A stretch of 64,000 nucleotides of DNA from Anaerohalosphaeraceae bacterium (GCA_963675525.2 CAXXSL010000001.1:256001-320000); one strand, 5' to 3'; positions 10,272-21,650 are shown, counted from the first letter of the stretch. Notes: generated from the letters alone by a model not told the origin. Numbers and translations are program-made.

Positions 10272-10411
10272 GTCCTTCCTGAATTAGGTGTACGTTGCAT
10301 CATACTGGTCTGTTTCCAGAGACACACTGGTTTGGCATCCTTTCGAAACAGGAAATCCTACGATGCGTTCCCGTATATCCAACGGACCTTAAGGGAAACC
10401 TAAACAGGGGG
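10272..10411 (+). ncRNA. Candidate long-hairpin ncRNA (possibly 6S-like)
   Basis: Ends pair (cctg-aa-ttaggt 10278-10289 with acctaa-a-cagg 10398-10408), with inner cgttg/caacg and atac/gtat pairs. A TTGATA...TATAAA promoter-like sequence lies just upstream. Confidence 0.3.
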
Positions 10412-10644
10412 TTATTGGTCTTTTATTTTCAAGGCGTTTATTGTGGGCTTCTAAGAAGCAAATGATAAATTAAATTGTGCCACAAAAGAATAAAATGGAA
10501 ATTATTTTATGTAAATTTAAATTTTTGAAAATGGGCCGGCGTCGGCGAAAAGGCAGGAGGGTGTCTGTGTGTGTGGGGGGAGAGGGGGGATTCATGTATT
10601 GACAGCGGCGGGGTTTTGGGCATATACTATATTCAAGCTGGCCG

Positions 10645-11736
10645 GTGTTTCAACTTGAACGGTCAACTGTCAATTTTTCAAGGCCAAAATTAAGGACTGG
10701 AGCGATTTCTGCTTTGGGGAACAATGCTGTCGGGGGCGTCGATTCGGTGCGGACGAAGCCGGCGTGGTATTATGATACGGCGAAATACGCGGAACCGAGC
10801 CTGTCGAAGGCGATTTTACAACTTCTGGACACTTTAATTCCTTATTTTCTGCTGTGGGCGGTGATGCTCTATCTGGTCAAGGCGGGCTATCCGTATTGGG
10901 TGACACTGATGCTTGCGGTGGTTGCGGGGCTGTTTCTGGTGCGTGTCTTTATCCTTTTTCACGATTGCTGTCATCATTCTTTTTTTGCGTCCCGGAAAGC
11001 CAATAAAATTGTCGGGACCGTGTGCGGGATATTGACGTGCACGCCGTATGCGGACTGGCAATGGGCGCACGCGAAGCATCACGCGACGGCGGCGGACCTT
11101 GATAACCGCAGTTGCGGGGGTGTGTGGACGATGACGGCGGATGAATACCGTTCGTCGGGGTTATGGACGCGCATTAAGTACCGGGTGTACCGCAATCCGC
11201 TGGTGATGCTTGTGCCGGGGCCGTTGATCATGTTTCTGGGTGTCTTTCGGTTTCCGACGAAGGGGGCGGGTAAGCGGCAGCAAAACAGTGTACTGGTGAC
11301 GAATGTTGCGATCCTGGTGCTTTTGGTCATCGGGTCACGGACGCTGGGTCTGCGGGATATTTTCCGCATTGCGCTGCCGGTGGTGTTTGTTGCCACTGCG
11401 ATCGGGGTGTGGCTGTTCTATGTGCAGCACCAGTTTGAGGGGGTTGGCTGGTTTCGGCACGAGCAGTGGGATGTCATTACGGCTTCGCTGAAGGGGTGTT
11501 CGTACTATCGGCTGCCGGCGGTTCTGCGGTGGTTCACGGGGAATATCGGTATTCACCACGTTCACCATATCCGCACAGGCATCCCGAACTACAACCTGCA
11601 GCGATGCTTTGACGAGACGCCCCAACTGCAGGACATCCATGTACTGACGATGCGCGAAAGCCTGCGGTCGCTGTGGCTGAACCTGTGGGATGAAGAGCGG
11701 CAGCAACTTGTCGGGTTTCGTGCGATTGGGCGATAA
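10645..11736 (+). CDS. Membrane fatty acid desaturase (Des-like)
   Basis: Three His boxes HDCCH, HAKHH and HHVHH, plus LFYVQHQFE and IPNYNL. Start uncertain. Confidence 0.9.
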   Translation: MFQLERSTVNFSRPKLRTGAISALGNNAVGGVDSVRTKPAWYYDTAKYAEPSLSKAILQLLDTLIPYFLLWAVMLYLVKAGYPYWVTLMLAVVAGLFLVRVFILFHDCCHHSFFASRKANKIVGTVCGILTCTPYADWQWAHAKHHATAADLDNRSCGGVWTMTADEYRSSGLWTRIKYRVYRNPLVMLVPGPLIMFLGVFRFPTKGAGKRQQNSVLVTNVAILVLLVIGSRTLGLRDIFRIALPVVFVATAIGVWLFYVQHQFEGVGWFRHEQWDVITASLKGCSYYRLPAVLRWFTGNIGIHHVHHIRTGIPNYNLQRCFDETPQLQDIHVLTMRESLRSLWLNLWDEERQQLVGFRAIGR

Positions 11737-11844
11737 CACAAGCAGGGGGCGGTGCGGAATCGGGGGGGTTGTTTCTTGACTATCGGGGGGTGCTTCGCTA
11801 AGATAGGGTTTTGGTGATGGAATTTTAGATGATACGGAGAACGG

Positions 11845-14800
11845 ATGGCCGGTAAAGGATTTACGCATCTTCACTTACATACACAATACTCCCTTCTGGA
11901 CGGGGCGATCCCGGCCAAAAAGCTGTTTGCGCGGTGCAACGAGTTGGGAATGGATTCGGTGGCGATCACCGACCACGGAAACATGTTCGGGGTGGTGGAT
12001 TTCTATACGCAGGCCCGGGAGGCGGGGGTTAAGCCAATTCTCGGGATTGAGGCGTATATCGCACCCGAAAGCCGGTTCGAGAAGCAAAAGGGCGGCATTA
12101 AAGACAATACCTATCACTTGATCCTGCTGGCCGAAAATCTCACCGGGTATCACAATCTTTTGAAGCTGAGCAGTATCGGTTATACTGAGGGGTTTTACTA
12201 TCGCCCGCGTATCGATAAAGAGATTTTAGCCGAGCTGAACGAGGGGCTGATTTGCACCACTGCGTGTATCGGTGGTGAAGTGCCTGCGGCACTGGCACGG
12301 GATGACTTGGAGGCGGCGCAAAAGGCGGTCGAAAGTTACCTGGAAATCTTCGGGCCGGAGCGGTTTTTTATCGAGGTTCAGGAACATGATGCGACGGATA
12401 TGCCGGATGTGCGGGATAAGCTGATCGAGCTTGCGAAAAAGAACGGCGTCGGGCTGGTTGCGACCAATGACGTGCATTTTTTGAACGAAGCCGATTATGA
12501 GGCACACGATGCCCTGTGCTGTATCAATACGGGCAAAAAGGTGACCGAACCGGATCGCATGAAGTATCCGACGAGCGTGTATCTGAAAAGCTCCGACCAG
12601 ATGCGGCAGTTATTCGCCGATGTGCCCGAGGCGTGTGATAATACGCTGAAGATCGCCGAGCGGTGCAATGTGGATCTGGATTTGACCAGCCGGCATGCAC
12701 CGGTATATACACCCGCCGACGGCAGTACGCCGGAGGAATTCCTGACAAAGCTGGTGTATGAAGGGGCAAAAAAACGATACGGTAAGGTAACCGACGAGAT
12801 CAAACAGCGGATCGAGCGGGAACTGGGGGTTATCGAGGGCAAGGGGTTTTCCAGCTACTTTTTGATTTGCTGGGATTTTTGTGATTTTGCCAGCAAAAAC
12901 AATATTCCCGTCGGTGCCAGGGGCAGTGCGGTCGGTACGGTTGTGGGGTATTGCCTGGGTGTTTGCGATGTGGACCCGATTCACTATGACTTGCTGTTTG
13001 AGCGGTTTATGGACCCGGAACGTGATGAGATGCCGGATATCGATATCGATATTTGCCAGGCATCGCGTCCGGCGGCGCTGGAATATGTACGGAACAAATA
13101 CGGGCATATTGCGCAGATCATTACGTTTGGGACGATGAAAGCCCGAGCGGTGATTCGTGATGTGTGCCGGGTGATGGATGTGCCTTTGTCGGAGGCGGAC
13201 CGTCTGGCGAAGCTGGTGCCGGCAGAGTTGAAGATGACGCTGGATAAGGCATTGGATGTTGAGCCGGATTTAAAGAAGGCATACGATGACGATGAAATGA
13301 CCCGCAAGGTCATTGACATCGGGCGAACGCTGGAAGGGCTGGCACGTCACGCGTCGGTACATGCGTGCGGTGTGGTGATTGCCGATGAGCCGCTGACGAA
13401 TTTTCTCCCCGTTTATAAGCAGGCCGGCTCGGACGATTTGATTACGCAGTTTGAAGGGCCGACGGTTGAAAAAGTGGGCCTGCTGAAGATGGATTTTCTG
13501 GGTCTGAAGACGCTGAGCGTGATTCAGCGGGCGATTGACCTGATTAAAGAACTGCACGGCGAGACCATCGATATTGAGGCGATTGATAAGGCTGACCCGA
13601 AAATCTTTAAGGAGGTTTTCGGAGCGGGACGGACCAAGGGCGTGTTCCAGTTTGAATCCGGCGGGATGCAGGATTTGCTGATGAAGCTGCGGCCGGACCG
13701 GTTGGAAGACCTGATCGCGGCGAACGCCCTGTATCGTCCCGGCCCGATGGCGCTGATCCCCGATTACATTGACCGCAAACACGGAGCCAAGTGGGAGGTG
13801 CCGCACCCGATCATGCGGGAGGTACTGGAAGAGACCTTCGGCATTATGGTCTACCAGGAACAGGTGATGCGTATTTGCAACCGGCTGGGCGATATCCCGC
13901 TGCGTGAGGCGTATGCCCTGATTAAAGCGATTGGCAAGAAGAAGGAAAAAGTTATCAAGGCCGAGAAGAAGCGGTTTGTGAAAGGTTGCGTCGGCAAGGG
14001 GCTGGATAAATCGCAGGCCGAAGAAATCTTTGACCTGATCGAACGGTTTGCCGGATACGGTTTTAATAAGTCGCATGCGACACGGTATTCGTTTGTGGCT
14101 TACCAGACGGCGTGGTTAAAATGCTATTACCCGGTTGAATTCATGGCGGCACTGCTGACGTATGAAATGGGCAGCACGGACAAGGTCGTCGATTATATCG
14201 GCGAGTGCCGGGAGATGGGAATTGAAGTCCTACCGCCGGATATCAATGAGAGCTTTGTTGATTTTACGGTGGTGTATAATGAAGAACACGACCATCGCAA
14301 AGATTCCGGTGTGGTCCGGTTTGGACTGGCGGCGGTCAAGGGCGTCGGTGAAAAAGCGGTTGAGCAGATCATTACCTCGCGTGAAAACGTGGGGCGGTTC
14401 AAGAGTTTGTTTCATTTTTGCGAGAATGTTGATTTGCGTGCGGTCAATAAGCAGGTGATCGAGGCGCTGGTGAAGGCCGGGGCGTTTGATAATCTTGGCG
14501 GCAGCCGGGCGCAGATGATGGCGGGGATGGAAAAAGCGATGCAGGCGGGGTCGTCGATGCAGGCCGATAAGGCCAGCGGTCAGATGAACTTTTTCGGGGC
14601 CGGCGGGTTTGGGCAGGGTGAGCAGGGTCAGGACCAGCAGGCATTGCCCGATGTGCAGCCGTGGGGCGAACAGCAGATGCTGCTTTACGAAAAAGAAGTG
14701 CTGGGTTTTTATGTGACCAGTAACCCGTTGAGTAAATACGCGGACATGATCGATATTTATTCGTCGGCGAACACCGGTCAATTGAATTCGAAATGGCAGG

Positions 14801-15318
14801 GGCGTGATGTTGTTATTGGCGGCATGGTGACCAAGATTCGCAATATCGTCACCAAAAACGGCCGCAATGCCGGGGCCAAGATGGCGGTTTTTGAACTGGA
14901 GGATTTGCAGAGCAAATGCGAGGTGGTGGTGTTCCCGAAAAAGCTGGAGGCGTTTGCCGATCTGCTGCAGGTCGATAAAGTCCTGTTTGTGGAAGGGAAA
15001 GTGGATTGTCAGCGGGAAAATCCGAATATTCTCTGTGAAAAGTTGATCGCGATGGAGGACATCGCTGACCAGATGGCCGCCCGTGTGTGGATCGAGTTGC
15101 TGAGTCTGGATGTCAACGAGGAAAAAGCCGAACGCATTCGCACCCTCTGCAAGACCCATCGGGGCAAAAGCCCGGTGCATGTCAGCGTGCAGACCACCGG
15201 CGGCTATCGCATCGCCACGATTGCCGACAAAACCTACAGCGTGCGGGCGGATGTGGATTTCTGCAAGAAGATGGAAGCCGTGGTTGGCCGCGGGAATGTG
15301 AAATTGATGCGGAATTAA
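11845..15318 (+). CDS. dnaE: DNA polymerase III alpha subunit
   Basis: PHP domain (HLHLHTQYSLLDG), MPDIDID catalytic motif, FAGYGFNKSHA and an OB domain. Confidence 0.98.
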   Translation: MAGKGFTHLHLHTQYSLLDGAIPAKKLFARCNELGMDSVAITDHGNMFGVVDFYTQAREAGVKPILGIEAYIAPESRFEKQKGGIKDNTYHLILLAENLTGYHNLLKLSSIGYTEGFYYRPRIDKEILAELNEGLICTTACIGGEVPAALARDDLEAAQKAVESYLEIFGPERFFIEVQEHDATDMPDVRDKLIELAKKNGVGLVATNDVHFLNEADYEAHDALCCINTGKKVTEPDRMKYPTSVYLKSSDQMRQLFADVPEACDNTLKIAERCNVDLDLTSRHAPVYTPADGSTPEEFLTKLVYEGAKKRYGKVTDEIKQRIERELGVIEGKGFSSYFLICWDFCDFASKNNIPVGARGSAVGTVVGYCLGVCDVDPIHYDLLFERFMDPERDEMPDIDIDICQASRPAALEYVRNKYGHIAQIITFGTMKARAVIRDVCRVMDVPLSEADRLAKLVPAELKMTLDKALDVEPDLKKAYDDDEMTRKVIDIGRTLEGLARHASVHACGVVIADEPLTNFLPVYKQAGSDDLITQFEGPTVEKVGLLKMDFLGLKTLSVIQRAIDLIKELHGETIDIEAIDKADPKIFKEVFGAGRTKGVFQFESGGMQDLLMKLRPDRLEDLIAANALYRPGPMALIPDYIDRKHGAKWEVPHPIMREVLEETFGIMVYQEQVMRICNRLGDIPLREAYALIKAIGKKKEKVIKAEKKRFVKGCVGKGLDKSQAEEIFDLIERFAGYGFNKSHATRYSFVAYQTAWLKCYYPVEFMAALLTYEMGSTDKVVDYIGECREMGIEVLPPDINESFVDFTVVYNEEHDHRKDSGVVRFGLAAVKGVGEKAVEQIITSRENVGRFKSLFHFCENVDLRAVNKQVIEALVKAGAFDNLGGSRAQMMAGMEKAMQAGSSMQADKASGQMNFFGAGGFGQGEQGQDQQALPDVQPWGEQQMLLYEKEVLGFYVTSNPLSKYADMIDIYSSANTGQLNSKWQGRDVVIGGMVTKIRNIVTKNGRNAGAKMAVFELEDLQSKCEVVVFPKKLEAFADLLQVDKVLFVEGKVDCQRENPNILCEKLIAMEDIADQMAARVWIELLSLDVNEEKAERIRTLCKTHRGKSPVHVSVQTTGGYRIATIADKTYSVRADVDFCKKMEAVVGRGNVKLMRN

Positions 15319-15382
15319 ATAGATCAAAAAGTAAAATGTAAAATTAAGGAGGCGGCTTTGCCGCGGTTGTTTTATGGAGTCG

Positions 15383-15568
15383 GCCTGAAAGGCCGGTGTA
15401 ATTTAGCCCAGGGCGACGCCCTGGGATCTAGGGTATAAGAAGACAACGCCCTGAAAGGGCAGCATAGTGTGTTTCGATTATATATTGCCCTTTCAGGGCG
15501 ATTTTGTTGTAATGGTATATATTTCCCAGCCCGTTGGACTGGGCTAAAATATAATGCACCTTTGGTGC
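15383..15568. repeat. REP/BIME-like palindromic cluster
   Basis: cctgaaagg, cccagggcgacgccctggg, gccctgaaagggc with its inverse gccctttcagggc, and cccagcccgttggactggg. Confidence 0.75.
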
Positions 15569-15587
15569 GAATGGATAGAAAATATTA

Positions 15588-16364
15588 ATGATACAAAAAG
15601 CGATTGAAATAGTGAAAGCACGGTGGCCGGAGGTGATGCTGGTGGTTGTTTTGCAGGCGGCATTGATGCTCTTTTCAGACGAGTTGGTTCTGATGGCTGA
15701 TACGGCGGAGACCTCGAATGTTCAACTGCCGTTCTGGCCCAGCTTCCTTCTGGGAGTCGGTACCATGGTAGCGGCTACGATTTGGCAGATGCTGTATCTG
15801 GGATTCATGAAAACCTCCGCCGTCGAGGGCCCCCATCCTCAACAACCGCTCGACCTGCTCCGTTTTGGCCGTCCGTATTTCTGGAAGATCATGCTTTTTC
15901 AGCTTTTGTTTGTGTTTGTTCTGTTGCTGTTGAGTATGGTCATGGCGGCAACACTTGGCGGACTTATCTGGAAAACGGAGGATATCACAAAGATACCGGA
16001 ATGGTTCTCACAGATATGTGCGTTGGCGGCAGTTGCGTTGATGATCAAGCCGGCCCTGCTGGTTCCGGCACGAATCGTGGTGTGTGATAATTCTGTGGGC
16101 GAAGCAGTCATGGCCATGCGTCAGTATCGGATGGGTGAGATCAGTTCTCTTTTTAAGGTCTTGGCGGGCGGCGTAGGGGTCATTTTTGTGTTTATGCTGT
16201 TGGCGGAACTTGCGGGCAAAAAGACGGTGCTGTATTATATTTTTTCCGGCATGCATCACTTGAGCTTCAGCATGCTGTTTTTAGTGCTGGCATTAATGGC
16301 GGTGCTTTGGGTTCAGAAAAATCTTGATCTCCAGCAGGCTGCCGCGAAGGAGGAACAGGTATGA
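15588..16364 (+). CDS. Hypothetical multi-pass membrane protein
   Basis: About six hydrophobic segments. The stop overlaps the tmk start (ATGA). Confidence 0.8.
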   Translation: MIQKAIEIVKARWPEVMLVVVLQAALMLFSDELVLMADTAETSNVQLPFWPSFLLGVGTMVAATIWQMLYLGFMKTSAVEGPHPQQPLDLLRFGRPYFWKIMLFQLLFVFVLLLLSMVMAATLGGLIWKTEDITKIPEWFSQICALAAVALMIKPALLVPARIVVCDNSVGEAVMAMRQYRMGEISSLFKVLAGGVGVIFVFMLLAELAGKKTVLYYIFSGMHHLSFSMLFLVLALMAVLWVQKNLDLQQAAAKEEQV

Positions 16365-16993
16365 AACAAAAACTGGCGGGAAAATTTCTGGTCATGGATG
16401 GCCCGGACGGTTGCGGCAAGAGCACGCAGACACGATTGCTGAGCGAATGGGTCGCCGCCGAGGGTGTGGATGTCGTTTCGTATCGTGACCCGGGAACAAC
16501 GATCGTCGGCGAAAAGATCCGCGATATCCTGCTCGATCCGGCTCATGAAGGCATGGGTGACAATGTCGAAGTGCTTTTGTACATGGCGGCGCGGGCACAG
16601 TTGTGGAAAGAGCATATCGGCCCCGATTTACATGCCGGGAAATGCGTCCTGATGGACCGCTGGATATCCAGCACCTGTGCGTATCAGGGATGGGCCGGCG
16701 GTTTTGGGATTGAAAAAGTCTTGCAGATCGGAACCGATTCGCTTCAGCGGGTTTGGCCCGATTTGACCATCGTGCTGGATGTGGATATTGAGACGGCTAA
16801 AAAACGGATGCAGCGCGACCTTGACCGTATGGAACAAAAGGGTGATGTCTACCATGCCAAGGTGCGGGAAGGCTTTTTGAAATTGGCGGATTACGGTGAC
16901 GATGTGAAAGTGGTGGATGCGACGCAGTCGGTGGAGCAGGTGCATGAGTGCGTGTTGCGGATTGTTCAAGAACACAGGAATACAAGAATGTAG
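16361..16993 (+). CDS. tmk: Thymidylate kinase
   Basis: DGPDGCGKSTQ P-loop, RDPG, DRWISSTCAYQG and DRMEQ. Confidence 0.96.
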   Translation: MKQKLAGKFLVMDGPDGCGKSTQTRLLSEWVAAEGVDVVSYRDPGTTIVGEKIRDILLDPAHEGMGDNVEVLLYMAARAQLWKEHIGPDLHAGKCVLMDRWISSTCAYQGWAGGFGIEKVLQIGTDSLQRVWPDLTIVLDVDIETAKKRMQRDLDRMEQKGDVYHAKVREGFLKLADYGDDVKVVDATQSVEQVHECVLRIVQEHRNTRM

Positions 16994-17116
16994 GATTAGG
17001 CGGCATCGCTTCTGGCCGTAGGTCAAAGCGATGGATGTACCGTGCGAAACCATGTCTTTCGCCTCCGGCGAGAAGACATGCCACCCGGGAAAAGCATCTT
17101 TTAGGATTGAGAGAAA

Positions 17117-18241
17117 ATGTCGTTAAACGAAATTTTTTGTCAGGATAAAGCGATCGGAACCCTGCAGCGGGCATATGCGGCCGGGCGGATGGCCCATGCG
17201 TATTTGTTTGCCGGCGATGATGGTGTGGGCAAGGACGCGACGGCGCGGGCGTGGGCGAAGATGCTGTTGTGTGAAAACAAACAGACGACCGGTAAAGACC
17301 CGGTCTTTACGGACAGTTGCGGGGCCTGCCATTCTTGTCAAACGTTTGAAGCCGGGGGGCATCCGGATTTTCGGCCCATTTATAAAGAACTTGTGCAGTA
17401 CACCAAAGGCGGCAAAAATAAAAAGACCCCCGTGGAGATGCCGATCGATGTGATCCGTGAGTTTCTCATTGAGAAGGCCGCCAATCGCCCGACGATGGGG
17501 CAATTTGTAGTCTACGTTGTTGATGAAGCGGAGAAGGTCAACAGGAACAGTCAGAATGCGATGCTGAAGGTGCTGGAGGAACCGCCGGGGTATTGTGTGA
17601 TCATCCTGCTGTGTTCCCGGTTGGATGAGATGCTGCCGACGACGCTGTCACGCTGTCAATTGGTGCGGTTTGGTCCGGTTGAGCATGCTAAGATTGTTGA
17701 AGCGTTGATCGCCAAAGGATTCTCTAAATCCGAAGCGACGTATTGGGCGCGTTTTTCACAGGGCAGTCTCGGGCGTGCGATCTCGTGGGCAACGCTTGAA
17801 ATCAAGGATGACAGCACCTATGCCATCAAACAGCAGCTTTTGGAAAAGCTGGCTGTGCTGGAGTTGACGGATGCGGTGGACATGGCCGAGTGGATGGGTA
17901 AGAGCGCCCGGACAATCGCCGGAGTCTGGACCAGGCAGGACGACAATGTCAGTACAACCGATATTACCCGCCGGGCGCAAAAGGGGCTGATCCAGATGAT
18001 GATCGCGGCACTGAACGATGCGATGAAACTTCACGTCGGACAGGCGGACGCACTGGTCAATGAAGACCAAAAAACCTGCATCGAGGCGATTAGCCGTCGT
18101 TATGATGCCGAAACCGCCGCCCGGCAGATCGAAATGTGCTATCAAATTCACCGATGGGTCGATTCCAGCGTCAACGAAAAACTCATCTTCGAACAACTCT
18201 TGTTAAATCTGTCCAATTCGGATATACTAAGCGTTTCTTAA
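17117..18241 (+). CDS. holB: DNA polymerase III delta-prime subunit
   Basis: AHAYLFAG..GVGK, CGACHSC zinc motif, HPDF, NAMLKVLEEPP and SRCQ. Follows tmk. Confidence 0.92.
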   Translation: MSLNEIFCQDKAIGTLQRAYAAGRMAHAYLFAGDDGVGKDATARAWAKMLLCENKQTTGKDPVFTDSCGACHSCQTFEAGGHPDFRPIYKELVQYTKGGKNKKTPVEMPIDVIREFLIEKAANRPTMGQFVVYVVDEAEKVNRNSQNAMLKVLEEPPGYCVIILLCSRLDEMLPTTLSRCQLVRFGPVEHAKIVEALIAKGFSKSEATYWARFSQGSLGRAISWATLEIKDDSTYAIKQQLLEKLAVLELTDAVDMAEWMGKSARTIAGVWTRQDDNVSTTDITRRAQKGLIQMMIAALNDAMKLHVGQADALVNEDQKTCIEAISRRYDAETAARQIEMCYQIHRWVDSSVNEKLIFEQLLLNLSNSDILSVS

Positions 18242-18311
18242 ATGAGTCTGACAGCGGGACGGCCCGGTCGGCAGGAACGTATCTTCTTTTTCTAAAGGAG
18301 TTTATTAATAG

Positions 18312-19622
18312 ATGTCACAACCTGAAAATAAGCCGAAAGTGCAAAGAAATGCCAAACTGATGCTTGTCCGTTATGGCCGGATGGGGGGGCTTGGCTGGTT
18401 TGAGCATCATGAGGCGCATATTCCGAAGCTGAGTTCACATGTGGTTCTCAAGACCGAACGGGGTCTGGAATTGGGCCAGGTGATCGGAGTTCACAGCTAC
18501 CGCGGCGGTCAGTTTAAAAGCACGCCGGAGCAGGTGGAACAATATTACTGCAATCGCACCAAGGATTTTCCGTTGGGAGAAGGCGGTGTGTTCGTTCGTT
18601 TTGCGACCCACGAAGATATTCGGGAACAGGAGCATCTGGAAAAATCCGCGGTGGGCGAAGCCAAACAGGCGCAAAAAATCGCGGCCGAACTAAATCTGCC
18701 GATGAAGATCATCGAAGCGGAACATCTATTCGGTGGTGAGCGGATCATCTTCTATTTTACCAGCGAGGGCAGGGTGGATTTCCGCGAACTGGTTAAACGG
18801 CTTGCCAGGGAATACCAGACACGGATCGAACTGCGACAGATCGGTTCGCGTGATGAAGCCCGCCTGATCAGTGATTTTGAAACCTGCGGTCAGCAGTGCT
18901 GCTGCAGCCGCTATCTGAAAATTCTCGAACCGGTCAATATGCGGATGGCCAAATTGCAAAAGGCGACCCTGGATCCGTCAAAGATCAGCGGTCATTGCGG
19001 CAGGCTCAAGTGCTGTTTACGCTATGAAGATGAAACGTATATGCAGTTGAAGGATAATCTGCCCAGAAAGAATGCGACCGTTCAAACCCCGAAGGGCCCG
19101 GGCAAAGCGGTTGATATGCACATTTTGACCCAGTTGGTTGTGGTACAGGACGAATTGGGAGACCGTAAGGCTTGGCCGGTGGATGAGATAAGTTTTCCGG
19201 GCAAGCCGGCGGTTGTCAAAAAGACCCCTGTGGAACCCGATCGTGCCGAGGATATCATCGACGGCGCGATGGGGGAGTTGGATGTCAGCCGGGTTGATTC
19301 CGGGATTGTCGCCGAACTTGAGGAAATGGCTCAAGCGGAACAAGCACAGGTCTCGCCGTCGGAACCGGATTTGCAGAGCCCGGAAACCGGACCTAATAAC
19401 AATGCTCCAAAGCAAACGGACGGACCGGGTCAAAAGGACGATCAGGAACCGTCGCAAAATAAAAATCGACGCGGCGGAAGGAATCGACGGCGGCGCTCGA
19501 AGAATAAGAATCGAAACCCGAATAGTCCGCAAGGCGGAGGCAACCAGGAGAATAGGCCAAAGTCATCAGGCGGCAATCAGACTAATAAGCCCAAACCATC
19601 GGGCGGGAATCAATCACAGTAG
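18312..19622 (+). CDS. ricT: PSP1/RicT (YaaT) family protein with a long low-complexity tail
   Basis: RVDFRELVK, RIELRQIG, CGQQCCC and KISGHCGRLKCCLRYE. tmk-holB-yaaT synteny. Confidence 0.88.
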   Translation: MSQPENKPKVQRNAKLMLVRYGRMGGLGWFEHHEAHIPKLSSHVVLKTERGLELGQVIGVHSYRGGQFKSTPEQVEQYYCNRTKDFPLGEGGVFVRFATHEDIREQEHLEKSAVGEAKQAQKIAAELNLPMKIIEAEHLFGGERIIFYFTSEGRVDFRELVKRLAREYQTRIELRQIGSRDEARLISDFETCGQQCCCSRYLKILEPVNMRMAKLQKATLDPSKISGHCGRLKCCLRYEDETYMQLKDNLPRKNATVQTPKGPGKAVDMHILTQLVVVQDELGDRKAWPVDEISFPGKPAVVKKTPVEPDRAEDIIDGAMGELDVSRVDSGIVAELEEMAQAEQAQVSPSEPDLQSPETGPNNNAPKQTDGPGQKDDQEPSQNKNRRGGRNRRRRSKNKNRNPNSPQGGGNQENRPKSSGGNQTNKPKPSGGNQSQ

Positions 19623-19640
19623 CGCGGAGATAGGACATCT

Positions 19641-21650
19641 ATGCGAAAATTAGTTGTAACATCGGCCTTGTACTATGCCAATGCGCCAATCCACATCGGG
19701 CACCTGGTCGAATCCGTTCAGACGGATATCTGGGTGCGTTTTCAAAAGCTTATGGGTAATGAATGCCATTATTTCTGCGCCGATGATACACATGGAACAC
19801 CTGTTATGATCAGCGCTAAAAACGAAGGTGTCGAACCGGAAACGCTGATTGCGAGAATTCACGGGCAACATCTGAAGGATTTAAATGGTTTTCAGGTTGA
19901 GTTTGATAATTACTATACGACGCACTCGGAAGAAAACAGGCAACTGAGCGAAATGATTTTTAAAGGGGTTTCCGAAGCCGGGGCGATTGTCCAGAAGGAA
20001 ATCCAGCAGGCCTATGATGAGCAGGAAAAGATGTGGCTGCCGGACCGTTATATCAAGGGCACCTGCCCGCGATGCAAGGCACCGGACCAGTATGGCGATT
20101 CCTGTGACGCGTGCGGGGCGCACTATCAGCCGACGGAGATGATTGAACCGGTCAGCGCTGTTAGTGGCAATCCGCCGGTGTTGAAAAAGAGCACGCATTA
20201 TTTCTTCCGGCTGAGTCATTATGAATCACAGCTTAAACAGCTTTTTGCTAAAGGGTATGTGCAGGACTCTGTAAAAAACAAGCTTGACGAATGGTTTGAA
20301 GCGGGGCTAAAGGATTGGGATATCTCACGGGATGGGCCATATTTTGGTTTTAAGATTCCCGGCGAGGAGGATAAATATTTTTATGTTTGGCTGGATGCAC
20401 CGATCGGGTATATGGCCTCCTGCAAAAACTGGTGTGATAAGAGTGGGAAGGATTTTGAGCAGGTTTGGAATAGCGGCGAGTATGAGATTTGTCATTTCAT
20501 TGGCAAGGATATCATGTACTTTCATGCGTTGTTCTGGCCGGCGTTGTTGTTCGGTGCCAATCTGCGGACGCCGAATAAATTGTTTGTGCATGGATTTTTG
20601 ACGGTCAATGGCAAGAAGATGAGTAAGAGCAAAGGCACGTTTGTGATGGCGAGAACGTATCTGAATCACCTTGATCCCCAGTACCTGCGGTATTACTACG
20701 CCTCCAAGCTCAATGGCGATGTGAGTGATATCGAGTTGAACACTGAGGATTTTGTCAATCGCGTCAATTCCGACCTGGTGGGCAAACTGGCCAATCTGGC
20801 GAGTCGTTCCGGGCCGATGCTGACCAAAAAGCTGGACGGGATGCTTGGCTCACTGGATGAAAAGGGTAAGTTGCTGATCGACCAGTTGATCGCCGCAAAG
20901 GCCGAAGTGATCGATGCGTATGAAAGTCTCAATTACGCCGCGGCGATCCGTCGTATTGCGGCACTGGCCGACATCTGTAATCGCTATGTCGAAGAGCAGC
21001 AGCCGTGGGGGACCATTAAGACGGATGTTGAAGGCACGCGGACGACGCTGACAACCATCTTGAATGCTGTAAAGATTCTGGCAATCTATTTAAAGCCCGT
21101 ACTGCCCGAGTTTGCTCAGAAGATCGAGCAATTCCTGGCGGTCGATGCGCTGACGTTTGCCGATGTGGAAACGATTCTTGAAAACCGAAAGATCAATGAC
21201 TTTGTTCGTTTGATCGAACGCATAGAAAAGGAAAAGGTAGAAGCGATGATCGAAGAAAGTAAACAGGATGCTCCGCAGGCGGATGTGGCTGAACCGGAAA
21301 ATAAACTGGATGAGCCGCTGGCGGAAGAATGCACGATTGATGATTTCATGAAAGTGGACCTGCGGGTGGCCCGCATTGCCAGTGCCTCGGCTGTTGAAGG
21401 GGCCAATAAGCTTTTGCAGTTGGAACTGGATTTGGGTGAATTGAAGAAAAATGTGTTTGCCGGCATCTCCAAAGCTTACAAGCCGGAAGATTTGGTCGGG
21501 CGTTTGGTGGTTTGCGTGGCGAACTTGAAACCGCGTCAGATGAAGTTCGGCCTGTCGGAAGGCATGGTGTGTGCCGCCGGACCGGGCGGAGCGGAGGTCT
21601 TTTTACTCAGTCCCGACAGTGGTGCCAAGCCGGGACAGCGAATTCACTAA
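19641..21650 (+). CDS. metG: Methionine--tRNA ligase
   Basis: HIGH, KMSKS, zinc knuckle, [10 protein letters not shown] and a C-terminal tRNA-binding OB domain. Confidence 0.98.
   Translation: MRKLVVTSALYYANAPIHIGHLVESVQTDIWVRFQKLMGNECHYFCADDTHGTPVMISAKNEGVEPETLIARIHGQHLKDLNGFQVEFDNYYTTHSEENRQLSEMIFKGVSEAGAIVQKEIQQAYDEQEKMWLPDRYIKGTCPRCKAPDQYGDSCDACGAHYQPTEMIEPVSAVSGNPPVLKKSTHYFFRLSHYESQLKQLFAKGYVQDSVKNKLDEWFEAGLKDWDISRDGPYFGFKIPGEEDKYFYVWLDAPIGYMASCKNWCDKSGKDFEQVWNSGEYEICHFIGKDIMYFHALFWPALLFGANLRTPNKLFVHGFLTVNGKKMSKSKGTFVMARTYLNHLDPQYLRYYYASKLNGDVSDIELNTEDFVNRVNSDLVGKLANLASRSGPMLTKKLDGMLGSLDEKGKLLIDQLIAAKAEVIDAYESLNYAAAIRRIAALADICNRYVEEQQPWGTIKTDVEGTRTTLTTILNAVKILAIYLKPVLPEFAQKIEQFLAVDALTFADVETILENRKINDFVRLIERIEKEKVEAMIEESKQDAPQADVAEPENKLDEPLAEECTIDDFMKVDLRVARIASASAVEGANKLLQLELDLGELKKNVFAGISKAYKPEDLVGRLVVCVANLKPRQMKFGLSEGMVCAAGPGGAEVFLLSPDSGAKPGQRIH

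Noticed and set aside
10645..11736. Oxygen-dependent desaturase as a lifestyle anomaly
   Set aside because: The organism's oxygen relationship cannot be determined from this window.
11845..15318. Intein or split in dnaE
   Set aside because: Length and motif order are normal, with no intein signature.
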